The translations under genes and the position numbers were made by a program. A stretch of 64,000 bases of DNA from Hamiltosporidium tvaerminnensis FI-OER-3-3. Taxonomy: Eukaryota; Fungi; Microsporidia. The first letter of the stretch is position 1. The number at the start of each line of letters is the position of its first letter. The stretch lies in the NCBI GenBank assembly GCA_022605425.2, contig CM061251.1:806001-870000 (forward strand), in the 5' to 3' direction. The notes beneath the pieces were generated by a model. That model ran no database searches, was not told where the DNA came from, and saw nothing but the letters and a program-made list of their open reading frames with translations. Shown here in pieces: positions 1-12,279 of the stretch.

Positions 1-359
1 AATCTTTGTATAAACTTATATTTATGCGTTGTTTTTGCCTGAGTATAAGACTTCTTAGAAAAGTTTTTAAGGAAGAAATACAAAAAGATTTTACCATTCC
101 ATTTTGTGTTTGAATCGAATTATTTTCATAAATATTTTTAAAATAAAAATACTATATTTTTGGCGAAGTTTGGTTAATTATAATTGAATAATATGTTTTT
201 TCGATATATCATCTGAATATGACTGATGAAAGAAAAACTAAAGAAACAAGAAGCCATTGTTGAAAAAAGTTGTTAACGATTAAAAAATATATTTTGATAA
301 ACTATAATAATATAAAAAAGATGAATCGAAGATTAAAGAATGTAATTAAAGATACTTTA

Positions 360-999
360 TTAACAAACACAAGTAGATGAGAATTCATATGGTTTTTGGG
401 TTACGAAAGTCGGGGCTACAGGTACTTCAACATTTCCTATCGTGGTAGTGGCCATAGATGTACCTTCTTCGCAAGCTTTTACATCAGAATTGCTCTGGTC
501 AGCACAATTAATAGCACCCACAGTCATTAATCCGGTTTGTTGTTGACTCCCCTGGGGTTCACAAATACATTCTGTAGCTCCGGAAGATTGTTGTCCTTGC
601 ATGCCTGAAACCTGTGGGGAACTTCCATATTGTAAGATCATTGGTTGAGTTGACGGTCTTTGGATCACGGTAGGTTTAGGCTGGGGTGGCATTATTACCG
701 GGGCAGCTGGCAGGGGTTTGCCAACAGCACCACCTCCACCAGCTGAGATTTCGCATTCAATTGCGCCTCCTCCCGTTCCACCTCCAGAACCTCCTCCTGT
801 TCCACCTCCTCCAGAACCTCCTCCCCCAGAACCACCTCCTCCAGAACCTCCTCCCCCAGAACCACCTCCTCCAGAACCTCCACCTCCAGAACCTCCCCCG
901 GATCCTCCGCCAGAAAATTCAGGAACTACTGGTATGAATGGAGGAACATATGGTGTTGGTGGATAATATGGCGGCGGATAACTTGGCGGTGGATAACTT

Positions 1000-1038
<39 letters not shown>

Positions 1039-1068
1039 GGTGGCGGTGGCGGTGGTGGCGGCGGTGGT

Positions 1069-1124
<56 letters not shown>

Positions 1125-1826
1125 TGGTGGCGGTGGTGGTGGTGGGGGCGGTGGTGGCGGCGGCGGCGGTGGTGGTGGCGGTGGTGGTGGCGGCGGCGGC
1201 GGTGGTGGCGGCGGCGGCGGTGGTGGTGGCGGTGGTGGTGGCGGCGGCGGCGGTGGTGGCGGCGGCGGGACTTCTTCACATTCTTCTATAGTTGTTATAC
1301 TACATGTTGTAGATGGTGGCGGGGGCGGTGGTGGCGGTGGCGGTGGCGGCGGTGGTGGCGGCGGTGGTGGCGGATAACTAGGTGGCGGATAACTTGGCGG
1401 TGGATAACTTGGCGGTGGTGGTGGCGGCGGTGGCGGCGGCGGTGGTGGCGGTGGTGGCGGTGGTGGCGGCGGATAACTAGGTGGCGGATAACTAGGTGGC
1501 GGTGTATAACTTGGCGGTGGATAACTTGGCGGTGTATATATTAATGGACGGTAGCTTATACCTCCTCCACCTCCTCCTGTTCCCCCACCTGAACCTCCTC
1601 CACCTCCTCCTGAGCCTCCTCCTCCCATACCTCCTCCTCCTGTTCCTGGTGTATAACAATTGCATATTTGATGTGAGCCTGATCCCGAAGAACCATGCCC
1701 TCCCGAGGTATCATTTGTACTCGCTTGACCACTACATGTTACTTTACAATTTTCTGGATTCATGATTATATTTGCGTCTAATAGTGCTAAATATAACAAT
1801 CCTACGGCAGACCATAGAAATTTCAT
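360..1826 (-). CDS. PTP1: Polar tube protein 1-like secreted Pro/Gly-rich protein (488 aa from the probable true start MKFLWSAVG)
   Basis: A signal-peptide-like MKFLWSAVGLLYLALLDA begins at ATG 1826, in frame with the stop at 360; the ORF-track start at 1991 is probably too long. The Cys-bearing non-repeat blocks match remembered Encephalitozoon PTP1 motifs: TTCSITTIEEC vs GTCKIAVLKHC, KACEEGTSMATTTIGNVEVPVAP vs EACATPTPTVIIGNSEYLVGP, and terminal TCVC vs VQCC. The centre is Pro-rich. Confidence 0.75.
999..1268 (-). repeat. Coding (CCA/CCG)n trinucleotide array encoding 90 consecutive prolines
   Basis: GGT/GGC run on the + strand, 270 nt, between the Val codon (1269-1271) and the Ser codon (996-998). 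Confidence 0.95.
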
Positions 1827-2889
1827 AATGTTTTGCTTGCAATTTTCTGTATTTATATTTTTATTTATTGCAAACATTGTTTCAATGGCTTTATTTTGAC
1901 CATTCAAACCTGTTTTTGTAAAACATGTGCTAATTCTACCTGATACTGGTTTCATTTTGATCAGAATTAAGATATCTGACATGTTTATCATACCTAATTA
2001 CCTTGATAGGAATTTCTCTAAATCGGACATTTTCTAAAGATGAATTTTATATACCTACTTTTAAATTTATACATATTTTAAATGTTCTTTTTAGTAACGA
2101 AGATATTAGAAACTAAAAAAAAATAAGATCTCTCAAAACATTAATTTAGATAATGTTTCATGTAAATGGTATAGAAATGTTTTTTCTCATCTAATACTAC
2201 AATAATTTTTATTGTACCATTTAGAATTTCTTCAGATCATCACAATATATATTCTACTCCATTAAGTAGTCTAAAAAATTTATATCCGCTTTTGTTTTTT
2301 AAATTATTTTGAATTTAGATATATAATCGCTATATGTGGTTTATATGGTTCAAGGAAATATATAAATGAGAAGAAAATATTTTTCTACCCATAAATTTAA
2401 TTAAATAGATTTACCTAGGTTTTTATTGCTAAACCACATTTAATTTACATTCGCATTCATATATTACATATTTTTTGAAATTTAAGAGGCCGGATGAACA
2501 TTATATCGCTATTTTAATATTATATATTTCACTACTATAAATAGAAAACCAATTTTATATGTAAAGCCTTTTGCAAAAAAAATTTCAGAATTTTGTTTTC
2601 TTTATATGAAATTTCTGGCTAAGAAACCCCTTTTTTCCTTCGATTACTTTAATTTTGATTGAATAATTAAAAGATACAAAACCAAATGCTTGATTGCCAA
2701 AGAACCAGGTAGAATAAAATATAAATATAAAGAGTAGGAATGTGTATTATTATTGCCAAAGTTTATTATTTATAATGTTTTATATTTTTTAATATTCAGA
2801 AAAGAAAATAAACACAAAGACACATTTAAATTATATTTCTGATTATTTATGTCTTAATATCATGTTATGAGAAGAAATTTTAATATAAA

Positions 2890-4400
2890 ATTTTTATTTA
2901 ATAAAATTCTGGGTTAAAATATTTTACCATTTTTTTATATTTTCTTCTACCTCTTTAACCACTGCTTTAATATAAATATTTTATAAAAGTTTTATAAATT
3001 TTTGATTCTCAACAATCAGAAACCCTATTTTTTTTTCAAATTTTAGAACTAGAAGATATAAAGGTAGAAAATACCTTTATTTTGTTGGTTTTATAATGCT
3101 TTTCAATCCGCCAATATTTAAATAAAGTAAAATATATTCTGTAAACGAAACCAACTTAAAAATAACTCAATTTATTAAAAATTCTTAGTAAATCAAGAAA
3201 TGAATAAGGGATAAAAATTTTAAAGGCGAAACAATTGTTTTGTCTCAATAAAAACATATTTTATGATAAGAATGGATTTTAAATTTATTTATATTAACTA
3301 TTTCTAAATGATATTTTAGTATTTATTCATTGATTGTTACTTTTTCTTTTGAAATGTTCTTTTTTTTTCGATTTAAATTTTATAATTTTGATCGGGTTTT
3401 TTCACTGTCATTATATTGTAGGAACTTCAAATTTTAAATTTATTCATCTAAAATTGTTCTGCTTCCTATTCTATGAATACATTAAGAGTCATATTATTGA
3501 ATATCTTTTGTTTCTATGGCATTTATATATTCTATTTTTTGATCATCTTTGCTTTTGATTTTAAATCTAATCTCTTTTGTTCGATGTTAGAAATAGTTTC
3601 AGCTATGTTTTTAAAATTATCTAATAGATGCGTGGCTTTTGTATGAACATCCTTCTGTTTTCATAAAAAATTCTGACACCTTGTAACAATATTAGTTATT
3701 TTATTTGTTAGCAATAATATTGCAATCAGCTATAAATAAATTTTTTTTACCTGCTAGAAAACCTATTGTTTAAAATTTCGGCTATAATTCTGAATGAATA
3801 TCTATAATTTTTATATTGTACAATGATATTAACTTGTAAGGTAGCTTTAGTACATTAACCGAGTTTTTATACAGGTTTAAATTCTAATATATTTAAATTT
3901 ATAAATTATTTACGTAATGTGAATTTTTTTTGCTTTTAAGAACTAACTTTGTAAAAATGATTATTAAAAACGAAAAATTCTAATTATTTTTTTTTATTTC
4001 AATTTCGCAGGTTTCAATCATACTTTATACCGCAACTGAAAAGATGTATTTGCAACAATTATTCTATTAAAATATTCTAAAGACTTCGATATTTTCCGTT
4101 ACATCACATATTAAGGCTTTGATATTAAAAAAGCTGAAGTGCATTTAATTGACCTAGGATATTTTGCTATTGGATTAGTCATTTGAAATTTATTCTGATT
4201 ATTAATATTTATAATTAAAAGTATATCAAAAGATTAAGTTTTATTCAAATCTTTAACAATTGTATCTGAATTACATTTAAATTTCGAAAAAATAGTTTAT
4301 ATTTTTCTTAAATAATAGTTTCACTCTTCGCCTAAGTAAAATTTAGTTATATATTTTAATATATATAGATTATCCTAAATTAAATTCATAAATTTAAACG
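2890..4400 (-). mobile_element. Heavily decayed R4/Dong-type non-LTR retrotransposon (RT remnant plus intact 3' tail)
   Basis: 2895-2965 (AATAAAATTCTGGGTTAAAA...CTTCTACCTCTTTAACCACT) is near-identical to the 3' ends at 22571 and 58811. Minus-strand 3300-4300 retains broken RT-thumb-like motifs (KNLFIA..N, NIEQKR). The tail is certain; the RT part is tentative. Confidence 0.55.
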
Positions 4401-5019
4401 AAAAAATTTGAGACATTGAACTAACTTTATCATCGTAATCATTCGATCAAATATCCTGTCGCTAATTAAGAAATTACAATGTGAAACTATACAGTAATAT
4501 TTATCAAAATATTTTAGATATTTTAGATATTTTTTAGAATATTTTTAACGAACTTCAAAATAAAAAACATAAGTTTTTTTAACTGTTTTAACAAATTAAA
4601 TATAAAACTAAAATTATTTTATTTTAGAAGTTTGATTTACATTTAAATAAAAGAATCAAATAATTAATAATTGAAAACTAAAATAGAATTATTTTACAGA
4701 TCAATATTCATTAAGCGTATATACCGATGTATTTAAAATGTTTAAAAGACATATAAGGATTTTTGGTAACCAGATTTTATTGTGTTTGCCCCATTTTATT
4801 CATTTGTTTTCAGTATTCAGAGATTGAATTATCGATTACGCGTTCAAATTCAAGGCAATGAATATGAACTTTAATTTAAATAAAAACCTATAATGATATT
4901 TTCCCACAGAAAAAACTCCTAAATACATTGACTAAAAGAAGATCTGAATTTTTTTTAAAGTTTTAAATATCCTGGGAATTATTATAGAAATATGTTTCTT
5001 AATTTAAAATATCATTTAT

Positions 5020-5945
5020 ATAATTCAGTAATGTCCCGATTATGACGACACACCTCGAAATGTTCAATTGATTAAAAAATATAAGACACCGATAAGAATG
5101 CACATTCAAAAAAAAGAGTCTTTCTTTGGTTTCATAAATCTTACCCAACCAATAATAGTGAGTAGAAGTGAACATAAAACAATTGAAAAGATTCGGTTGG
5201 TTGAAAAATTTGAGATAAAAATTGTAAAAATTCTTTCTAGACTGTATTAATATGAAAGGAAAAACAAATGAATATATTTTTATCCATTTTTCTAACGTTT
5301 TTAGTTTTGAAAAAAAATTCAGGTCCATTTGTTCTGATTTCTTTTCTACGAATTTACAGTTTCATAAAAAATTGTATGATAAGATTACTGCTTTTTTCTA
5401 CCATTCTTCTGTACAATATATTTATATTCTCATTAATAGTTACACATAACAATTTTGCTTGAATAGCTTTATAGAACTTTTTACTTGATTAAACTAAAAA
5501 AATTTTAATTAAAATAACTGAGAATTAATACAATGAATAACAAATACCACATATCGTTAAAAAGCATGGTTTTTCAAAGGAATAAAACACTTTACAATCA
5601 TAAATTTTTTCGAGAAAAACACAGAATTGAATGAAAATAAGTGGAAAAGGAAAAGACTGAACAAAAACGCCGAGCCGAAGTTTTGAAATATTGATCGTAA
5701 TATAAAATAAGAAGAGACATGGGCAGGTTAATAAAGATTAAGTTTTTGTTTGGTAAATTGCTCAAAGCGGGTAATAATTTGCAAATTAAAGACTAAAAAA
5801 AAGTTAGAGAATCAGACCAGGAGAAGCTAAGAAATTTTTATTAAAAAGGGAAGAAACTATAAATCAGATAATAGGTTTTAAGCCTATTTTCGGCATTTTT
5901 TCTTATGAATGGAAAAGAAAGTTTGTTTCTACGAGCTTAATGTCA
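5020..5945 (+). repeat. Dispersed family B, copy 1 (decayed coding-like sequence)
   Basis: Long near-identical stretches shared with 39820-40746 (e.g. TAGTGAGTAGAAGTGAACATAAAACAATTGAAAAGATT; CCATTCTTCTGTACAATATATTTATATTCTCATTAATAGTTACAC). Ends in the motif GAATGGAAAAGAAAGTTTGTTTCTACGAGCTTAA. Confidence 0.85.
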
Positions 5946-6402
5946 AGTGATCTGTAAAAATAGAACTAAAAACTTTTATTCCGAAATAAAACAGTATCTC
6001 GATCAATTTTTTGGAGAGAATTTCATTAAATTATCCGAAGTGATTTTATTTATCTTATAAATTTTAATTTTTTTTCTAAATAAAATAATATTTTGGTTAT
6101 CCACTATTTACTAACCTCTTATACATGCGTTATTTGAGTTTAACTTAATTATAGTTATATATTCTTGCTTACGCCTGATATTTGAAATATTTATTTAGAT
6201 ATTTCGCTGTTTAATTCTTTTTTTTAATATTCTTGTATAATATCTAGAAAAGAGAATTTCTTGGGCTGTTTTACTAATTAATATCTTGTGCAACCCAACA
6301 AATATGTTAACATATAATACTCTTCTAATACTTAAATTCTGATTCTGGTAATAGATTGAAAGATTTTATAGTTTCTGCAAATTTTAATACATTTGAAATT
6401 CA

Positions 6403-7125
6403 TGGTGGAGAGAGTATAACCATATTAAGATCCTTCTGCCTGGCAATGATAAAGAGAAATTGATCTGAAATTATTGTTTGTATTTTCGTGTCGAATGAAG
6501 AGTATTCTGAATTTTTGTTTGTTTCAAGGAAATTTGTATGAAGAGATGAATGTTAATATAATAATCAAAGTAATTCTAGAGACTTGGTTTTAGTTTTTTA
6601 TGTAACTTGTTTGGAAATGAAGATGGAATTTATAGGCAATTTCAAGGTAAATATTTGCAAAAATAGCTTTGTTCATTCGGGATGGAAGACCTGGCTTTTA
6701 GGATATAATAAAACATATTCTTTAAAACGCAAAGAATTCTAAGCTGCTTATTTTTCTAAATGACATTACGTTGCAACAACTAAGCGTGTCTTATTTAAGT
6801 TGTTGAGATATATCTTATCTAAATGTCTATTCGTCCGAAAGTGTAGAGCAGTAAGAATGTTTTTTAGTCTCAAGAGTTTATAGTGGTGGTTTCAATCTAA
6901 GATCACACCCAATATGAGATTGATTTTTGAACTTATGACAAGCGCTGGCTATTAAATAGGTTCTATACATCTGCCGATGAAATCACTCAGGATCTGGAAT
7001 CCATAGAAAATACCGATGGTGTGTTAGGAGAGAAGTTATCATTTTTAAACCAAGAGGTGCGGTATTTTCATTGAAACAATATAACATATTCGACTCCTAT
7101 ATTAAGATGGGATGCATTAAGTATC
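6403..7125 (+). repeat. Dispersed family A, copy 1 (~0.7 kb, unknown nature)
   Basis: Shares colinear blocks with 16523, 30426, 46240 and 52770/54180: GGAG(A)GAG..TAACCA, AGTTTTTTATGTAACT, GAAGAC(C/T)T, TAGGTTCT, TAC(C/T)GATGGTGTGTT, AATATAACA. Confidence 0.8.
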
Positions 7126-7650
7126 AAACTAACAGTTAAAAACAAAAGAACCCAATAGATCGAGTAAAATATTTATACTACAATATACAATAGAAACTAT
7201 TATTGCTTTTTAAATTGAAACTAAACCTCAAAGAAATGGGTTTACGGTTATCTTATATTATATATGAAAATCAAACCATACTATATTTTTTTTGTATTAT
7301 CCCGTGTTGACTTCATATTTCCATTCCTTTATATCATCAAAAATTATAATTTCACATTAGTTTCACCTTATACACTTACTCGTAGCTTTTTAAAAAGTAT
7401 AAAATAACTTTAATCTCATTTTAGTGAAATAAAATTATTTGTTAATATTTGTTTTAACAAAGTCTTTTTTACTCGAAACGTCTAATGTTTTGAAATCAAA
7501 GATTAAAAAATAAATAAATCATACCTGCACTATGAATTTATAACGTTTACACATACAAATATCGCTATAGTAATAGAATAATATAAAAAAAATCTATTCA
7601 GCGGAGTTTCGTAGTATTAAAATAAATTTATTCAACAAATAATTTATATA

Positions 7651-7794
7651 GATATTTTAATTAAAATAGAAACATTTACTACATACAAACGGATTCAAAT
7701 ACGAATAATTTGAAGATTATATTGATATTTTACTTAAAATAGAAACATTTACTATATATAAACGGATTCAAATACGAATAATTTGAAGATTATT
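7651..7794. repeat. Tandem duplication, period 73 bp
   Basis: TTAAAATAGAAACATTTACTA..TA.AAACGGATTCAAATACGAATAATTTGAAGATTAT at 7661 and 7734. Confidence 0.9.
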
Positions 7795-8352
7795 TTTCCA
7801 TTTTTCATAAATCTTTTTTTACAATTTAGATGCACAAAAAATATACAAACTCGCCGATTACATTTAATTAAGTATTATTATTTCAAAAGTCTTAATCCTT
7901 ACCCTTACAATGAAAAAAACGTAACATATAAATGCACAGATTCCTTCGAACTAAATATCTGTATTTCACATATTTATAAGCAATAATCTAATAATTTGAA
8001 ATAAATTTATTTACATTTTTTTAAGTAGAATGTATCTTAATCTGATATATCATATAGTAAGTAAATAAATAAATCAAGTATTTTTTGATATTAAAAACTG
8101 CTCTAATAAAACATTATATTTTATTTTCAATAAAATCAATTTTCCTTTTCTTAAACATATAAGTATAAAAAAAATGATATTAAAATAATAATTACCTACA
8201 AACGTTTATCTCTAATATAAATCTTTATTTAAAAATATTTATAAATAAACATTTTTCTACACTTACCAATACATATTAATAACCACATTTATTTTAATAT
8301 TTACATGTCAAAACAGTAATAATTTCTAAATAATAATATATTTCAAATATAA

Positions 8353-9264
8353 TTATATTCTATCAATGAGATTTAAACCTTTTGATTTCCATTCATCTAA
8401 AATACAAAACTCTAAAAAATATTCTCTTAATTTTGTTTTGTCTGGTTTTTCAAAAATATAATTTTTAATTTCATAAAGAAAAAAATCTTCATTTTCTGTT
8501 TCAATAGATTCAATAATTAAATAAAATAAAAATTCTTCAATACTCCCATTAAAATACTTAAAAATCCAATCAATAATATTTGTTTTGTAAATTTCTAATT
8601 CTTTTTTAATATTTGTAGTAAAAACATCATTTTGGTCTTTTTTTGATATATTTGTTAATATAACACTTCTATAATAACTTAATATATTCTTTATCTGTGA
8701 AAATGAAAGCCTGAAATACAAAGATTTACTTTCACACACAAGTTTAAACCTTTCTATTAAAATTTTCTTCTCCGTCTCAGATACACACAATAAATCTAAA
8801 TTAATTAAATTAATATCATATAAAGTACTTGCAGCAAACATTTTATAAAAATTTTCATAGTTTATAGATTGTAGAACAGGAAAAATTATAAAATCAGGAA
8901 GAACTAAATTGTAAGATTTTGTTTTTAGATAGTCGTTTTTAGAAACTATTATTTTATCAGAAATTTCATTTGTCTTAGATTTAATATCGCTGTTCTCGAA
9001 TATATTAGTAATTGGAAGTGTTTTATCTGTTTTTATAATTATAGTATTGCTATGCATTACCTTCTTCATTAGAAATGTATTACTTTCAGTTATAAGATAG
9101 CACAAATTGTTGTTATATTTAATTTCAAAGGAGGGAAAATCGCCTTCAATAAGATAGTAACTTGTATCTTTTAAAAAATCTAATTTTTTATGAGAAATAT
9201 CCTCTTCAATATATTTTTTAACCGACTTACATTTTTTTTCAACCGTCCAAAATGTATGTTTCAT
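8353..9264 (-). CDS. DCC1: Probable Dcc1-like sister-chromatid cohesion factor (Ctf18-RFC module)
   Basis: 303-aa ORF with GACCCACAA before the ATG. LITESNTFLMKKVMHSNTIII resembles the Dcc1 motif LC(T/S)xDKTxxLKxxxHSNTxLL. The gene is real with high confidence; the product is less certain. Confidence 0.55.
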   Translation of the reverse strand: MKHTFWTVEKKCKSVKKYIEEDISHKKLDFLKDTSYYLIEGDFPSFEIKYNNNLCYLITESNTFLMKKVMHSNTIIIKTDKTLPITNIFENSDIKSKTNEISDKIIVSKNDYLKTKSYNLVLPDFIIFPVLQSINYENFYKMFAASTLYDINLINLDLLCVSETEKKILIERFKLVCESKSLYFRLSFSQIKNILSYYRSVILTNISKKDQNDVFTTNIKKELEIYKTNIIDWIFKYFNGSIEEFLFYLIIESIETENEDFFLYEIKNYIFEKPDKTKLREYFLEFCILDEWKSKGLNLIDRI

Positions 9265-9768
9265 TTGTGGGTCAAAAAAATGGTTCTTTGAAAAATTTGA
9301 TACAATAAAATAATTAAATACACACGGTAAAATATATTTCTAAATTTCATACATTTAAATGGCTTTTAATTATTATTATTTTTTCTTAAGTGCATTACAA
9401 ATTGTTTTTTATTCTTATGTTAAATGTTTTTTTAAAAATTTTAAATTTCAACTGCTAAGGTGCTTGATATTGAATAAAATTCAAGTTATTTAAAACTTAA
9501 CTTCATGATAGAAGCATTAAGTACAATACTTTATTTATTATTTGAAAGGAACTGATACACTTGATTCACTAATAAATCATGTGAGATAGAAGTATTAAAA
9601 AACGTAATTAGTCATTATTCACAAGAACTGGTACAGTTGATTCTTTAAAATTTACTTTGATAGAAGTATTAAATGTAGTAGGTTAGTTACAAGTGCAAGA
9701 ACTGGTCTAATATTACAATACAATTTTTAAAATATTTTTTTGTAAAATAATTCGAAAATGAACCCATA

Positions 9769-10230
9769 ATGACAATGAATGAGAACGGTAATCTTTTGGA
9801 AATTAATAACCAACTAAAAAATATAAATAAAGATAATGAAACATATGGTAAGTTGATAAAAGTGAAAGAAAAGATATTAAAATGTTATTTGATGCATTTA
9901 ATTGTGGGTTTAGAAGATAGAGAATTAGTAACAGATGAAATATTTAAATTGAATGCTATTTTACAAAAAATATGTATTTTAGAAAAAAAAGCTGAAAAAA
10001 TTGAAAGCGAAAAATGTGAAGAAAGTAGGGAAAATATAGAAAATAAAAAAAGAATTTGTTCGCAAGAAATTATTAAAAATAAGTCTGTTAACAGTAAAAG
10101 AGAAAAGAAAAGAAAAAATCCAAAAATTAAAAGTAAGATAAATGCAGAAGCACTTTTTAAAAAAACGAAGATAGAAGTTGATAAAAATATTGATACTGGT
10201 AGCATTAAAAGTAGAAGAATAGGAAAATAA
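9769..10230 (+). CDS. SAS10: Sas10/Utp3-like SSU processome protein (miniaturised)
   Basis: AACCCATA before the ATG. IFKLNAILQKICILEKK resembles the Sas10/Utp3 domain (LxxxLEKIRPLEKK). The C-terminal KNPKIKSK...IDTGSIKSRRI resembles the Sas10 C-terminal domain (RNPRVKxR...IxxxxIKS). Confidence 0.65.
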   Translation: MTMNENGNLLEINNQLKNINKDNETYGKLIKVKEKILKCYLMHLIVGLEDRELVTDEIFKLNAILQKICILEKKAEKIESEKCEESRENIENKKRICSQEIIKNKSVNSKREKKRKNPKIKSKINAEALFKKTKIEVDKNIDTGSIKSRRIGK

Positions 10231-10914
10231 AAATAAATACAAATATATTTTTGAGCTCAAAATACCAGTCCTTTCGTTCTTCTTATAAATTAATTTTTTT
10301 TATCTCACTGTAACTAATTTTTTGATTAAATACCAAAAAAATATGTTTTATTTCTTTAAAAAAACTATAATAAGTCGTGTGAATATATTTGGTACTTTAC
10401 TGGAGGATAATATTATTCCTTTGTTATCTTTGTCTAAGTTATTTTTTAAAAAATAATGAAAGAATCGGTGTTTTTTTAAATGTTTCGATTTAAGTTTAGA
10501 TTAAACTAAAACAATTTCAAAAAATTTAAGTATTTTCAAAATAATTTGGTATTTTTATACTGAATTATAATTAGAAGGAAACACAATGACTTATTTTTAA
10601 ATCATTTCTCAAATAAATTAATATTTTTGTACCAAATTTTAAACCTATTGGAACAATAAGTGTTTTACGTAAGCGAAATGACATTTGATTATTACCCTAA
10701 AAAATGCTCTTCGGATTATTTAGTCCAAAGAAAAATATCTACATAGTGTAAATACCAATTAATCTATCAAATCAATGTAAGGATATTTTTCAAATCTCTA
10801 AATATTAAAATGCAAGTATAAAAATATTATAACTCAAACCCTTCATTTCAGAATAAAAATTTTATTAAATATTTAACCTTATGTGAGTATTTAAAAAATT
10901 TTTATATTTATCCA

Positions 10915-11390
10915 GGATAGGTTATAAGTTCAGTTTGAGATAATCTCTTATGTGATGACCTGGAACAGTATTTTAAGAAAATACTCTAAGCGGTATATCA
11001 AGCGAGCACAAATACCCATGAATCTAGAGGCATATATACATTCCATAAGACTCAAGAATAGAGTCGAAATAATTCCCTTCACCGACTAAAGGGACTTGAA
11101 TCAGGACCAAATGCCGAAAAGAGCGCCAACATGTCTTATTACGAGAGCAGAGATGCATGAGGAACCAACACGCCCTTTCAAACAAGCAAATAGAGAGGAA
11201 GATGGTGCAAAAATTTAAAAGCAAAAAACAATACACCCCATATTTTAGAAGCAGGAGCCACGTTAGATAAACCGAAGATAAACTTAAATGAAGAGTCGGA
11301 TTTGTAAGCAGAAACAATGGTGGTAAAAGAGGTAGGAGAAAATGCATAAAGATCTTAAAACTATTTTAACCAAGAATTTTATCAATAATA
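10915..11390 (+). mobile_element. 5'-truncated R4/Dong-type RLE retrotransposon fragment
   Basis: Colinear with the reverse complement of 58810-59280 (ATAATCTCTTATGTGATGACCTGG = II.YVMTW; ATACCCATGAATCTAGAGGCATATATACA = IPMN.EAYI; GAGGAACCAAC). Ends TTTTAACCAAGAATTTTAT. Confidence 0.85.
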
Positions 11391-11399
11391 TGTTTATTT

Positions 11400-12055
11400 T
11401 CTTAATTTGTTCATTTTGTAAAAAAATTATGAAATAAATTCAGCAAGATTTTTTTCCAAGAATTTTTAATTACATAAACACTTGTGTAAAATGCTTGGTT
11501 CAGTTTTGCTTTTTCTTATGCAATTTAGTTACATTCTCAATCATAATTGCGCAAAACAATTTTACAAGAAGGATATAGAATTTTATACCTGATTAAATTA
11601 AAAGGCTCCTAAAAAATGAGTATAAATTTATACGACAAATAAAGTAACCAATACAACATATCTTAAAAAAAGGTTTTTTCAGAAAAAGAAAATTCTTTAG
11701 ATGTAATTCTCTAACGAAAACCTAAACCTAGCTTGGGTGCTGAAAATAGCTGGTGGTTTTAAACTAGCAAAAAAATAACTGTTAAGATTTTTTTAATTAA
11801 ATTCAATAAATAGAATCGAAAAATATGTTAAGTAAAATATATTTTGTAATTTTATTATGAAATTGCTCAAGGACAGCCAAGAATGCGGATGTAAACGACT
11901 AAAAAATATGTAAGCTAAAACAGATTACGAGAGATTATAAAAGCCTGAGTAAAATATCAAAATTCTATAATTAAGCTAGTGATTTTAAGAAAATACTCGA
12001 ATGTTTTTTATTTTTTCCGAATGTAAAATTAAGTTCGTTTCCACAAGCTTAAAGC
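11400..12055 (+). repeat. Dispersed family B, diverged copy
   Basis: CACATATCTTAAAAAAAGGTTTTT, AAATTGCTCAA and the terminal GAATGTAAAATTAAGTTCGTTTCCACAAGCTTAA match the 5020/39820 copies. Confidence 0.6.
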
Positions 12056-12279
12056 TGGTTCGGATATATTTTTATAGTCAAATTTAAAAAAAATTACAGA
12101 TTGTTAATTTTATGCCATATTCTGTATTATCTCATCGTTAAAACTTCAAAATTTTAAAGTTTTCAAAATTCATTTAATATATGAAATAGTATTTAATAAC
12201 TGATTAAATAAAATTTATATTCGTTATGTAATAAATTTTTCTTGAATTATATAATTAATTGCACTTAAATCATTTTTTT

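Noticed and set aside
686-1765. Overlapping ORFs (poly-His/Arg, poly-Ala/Val, EPPPP, Leu-rich) on both strands of PTP1
   Set aside because: Shadow frames of GC-rich trinucleotide repeats that lack stop codons.
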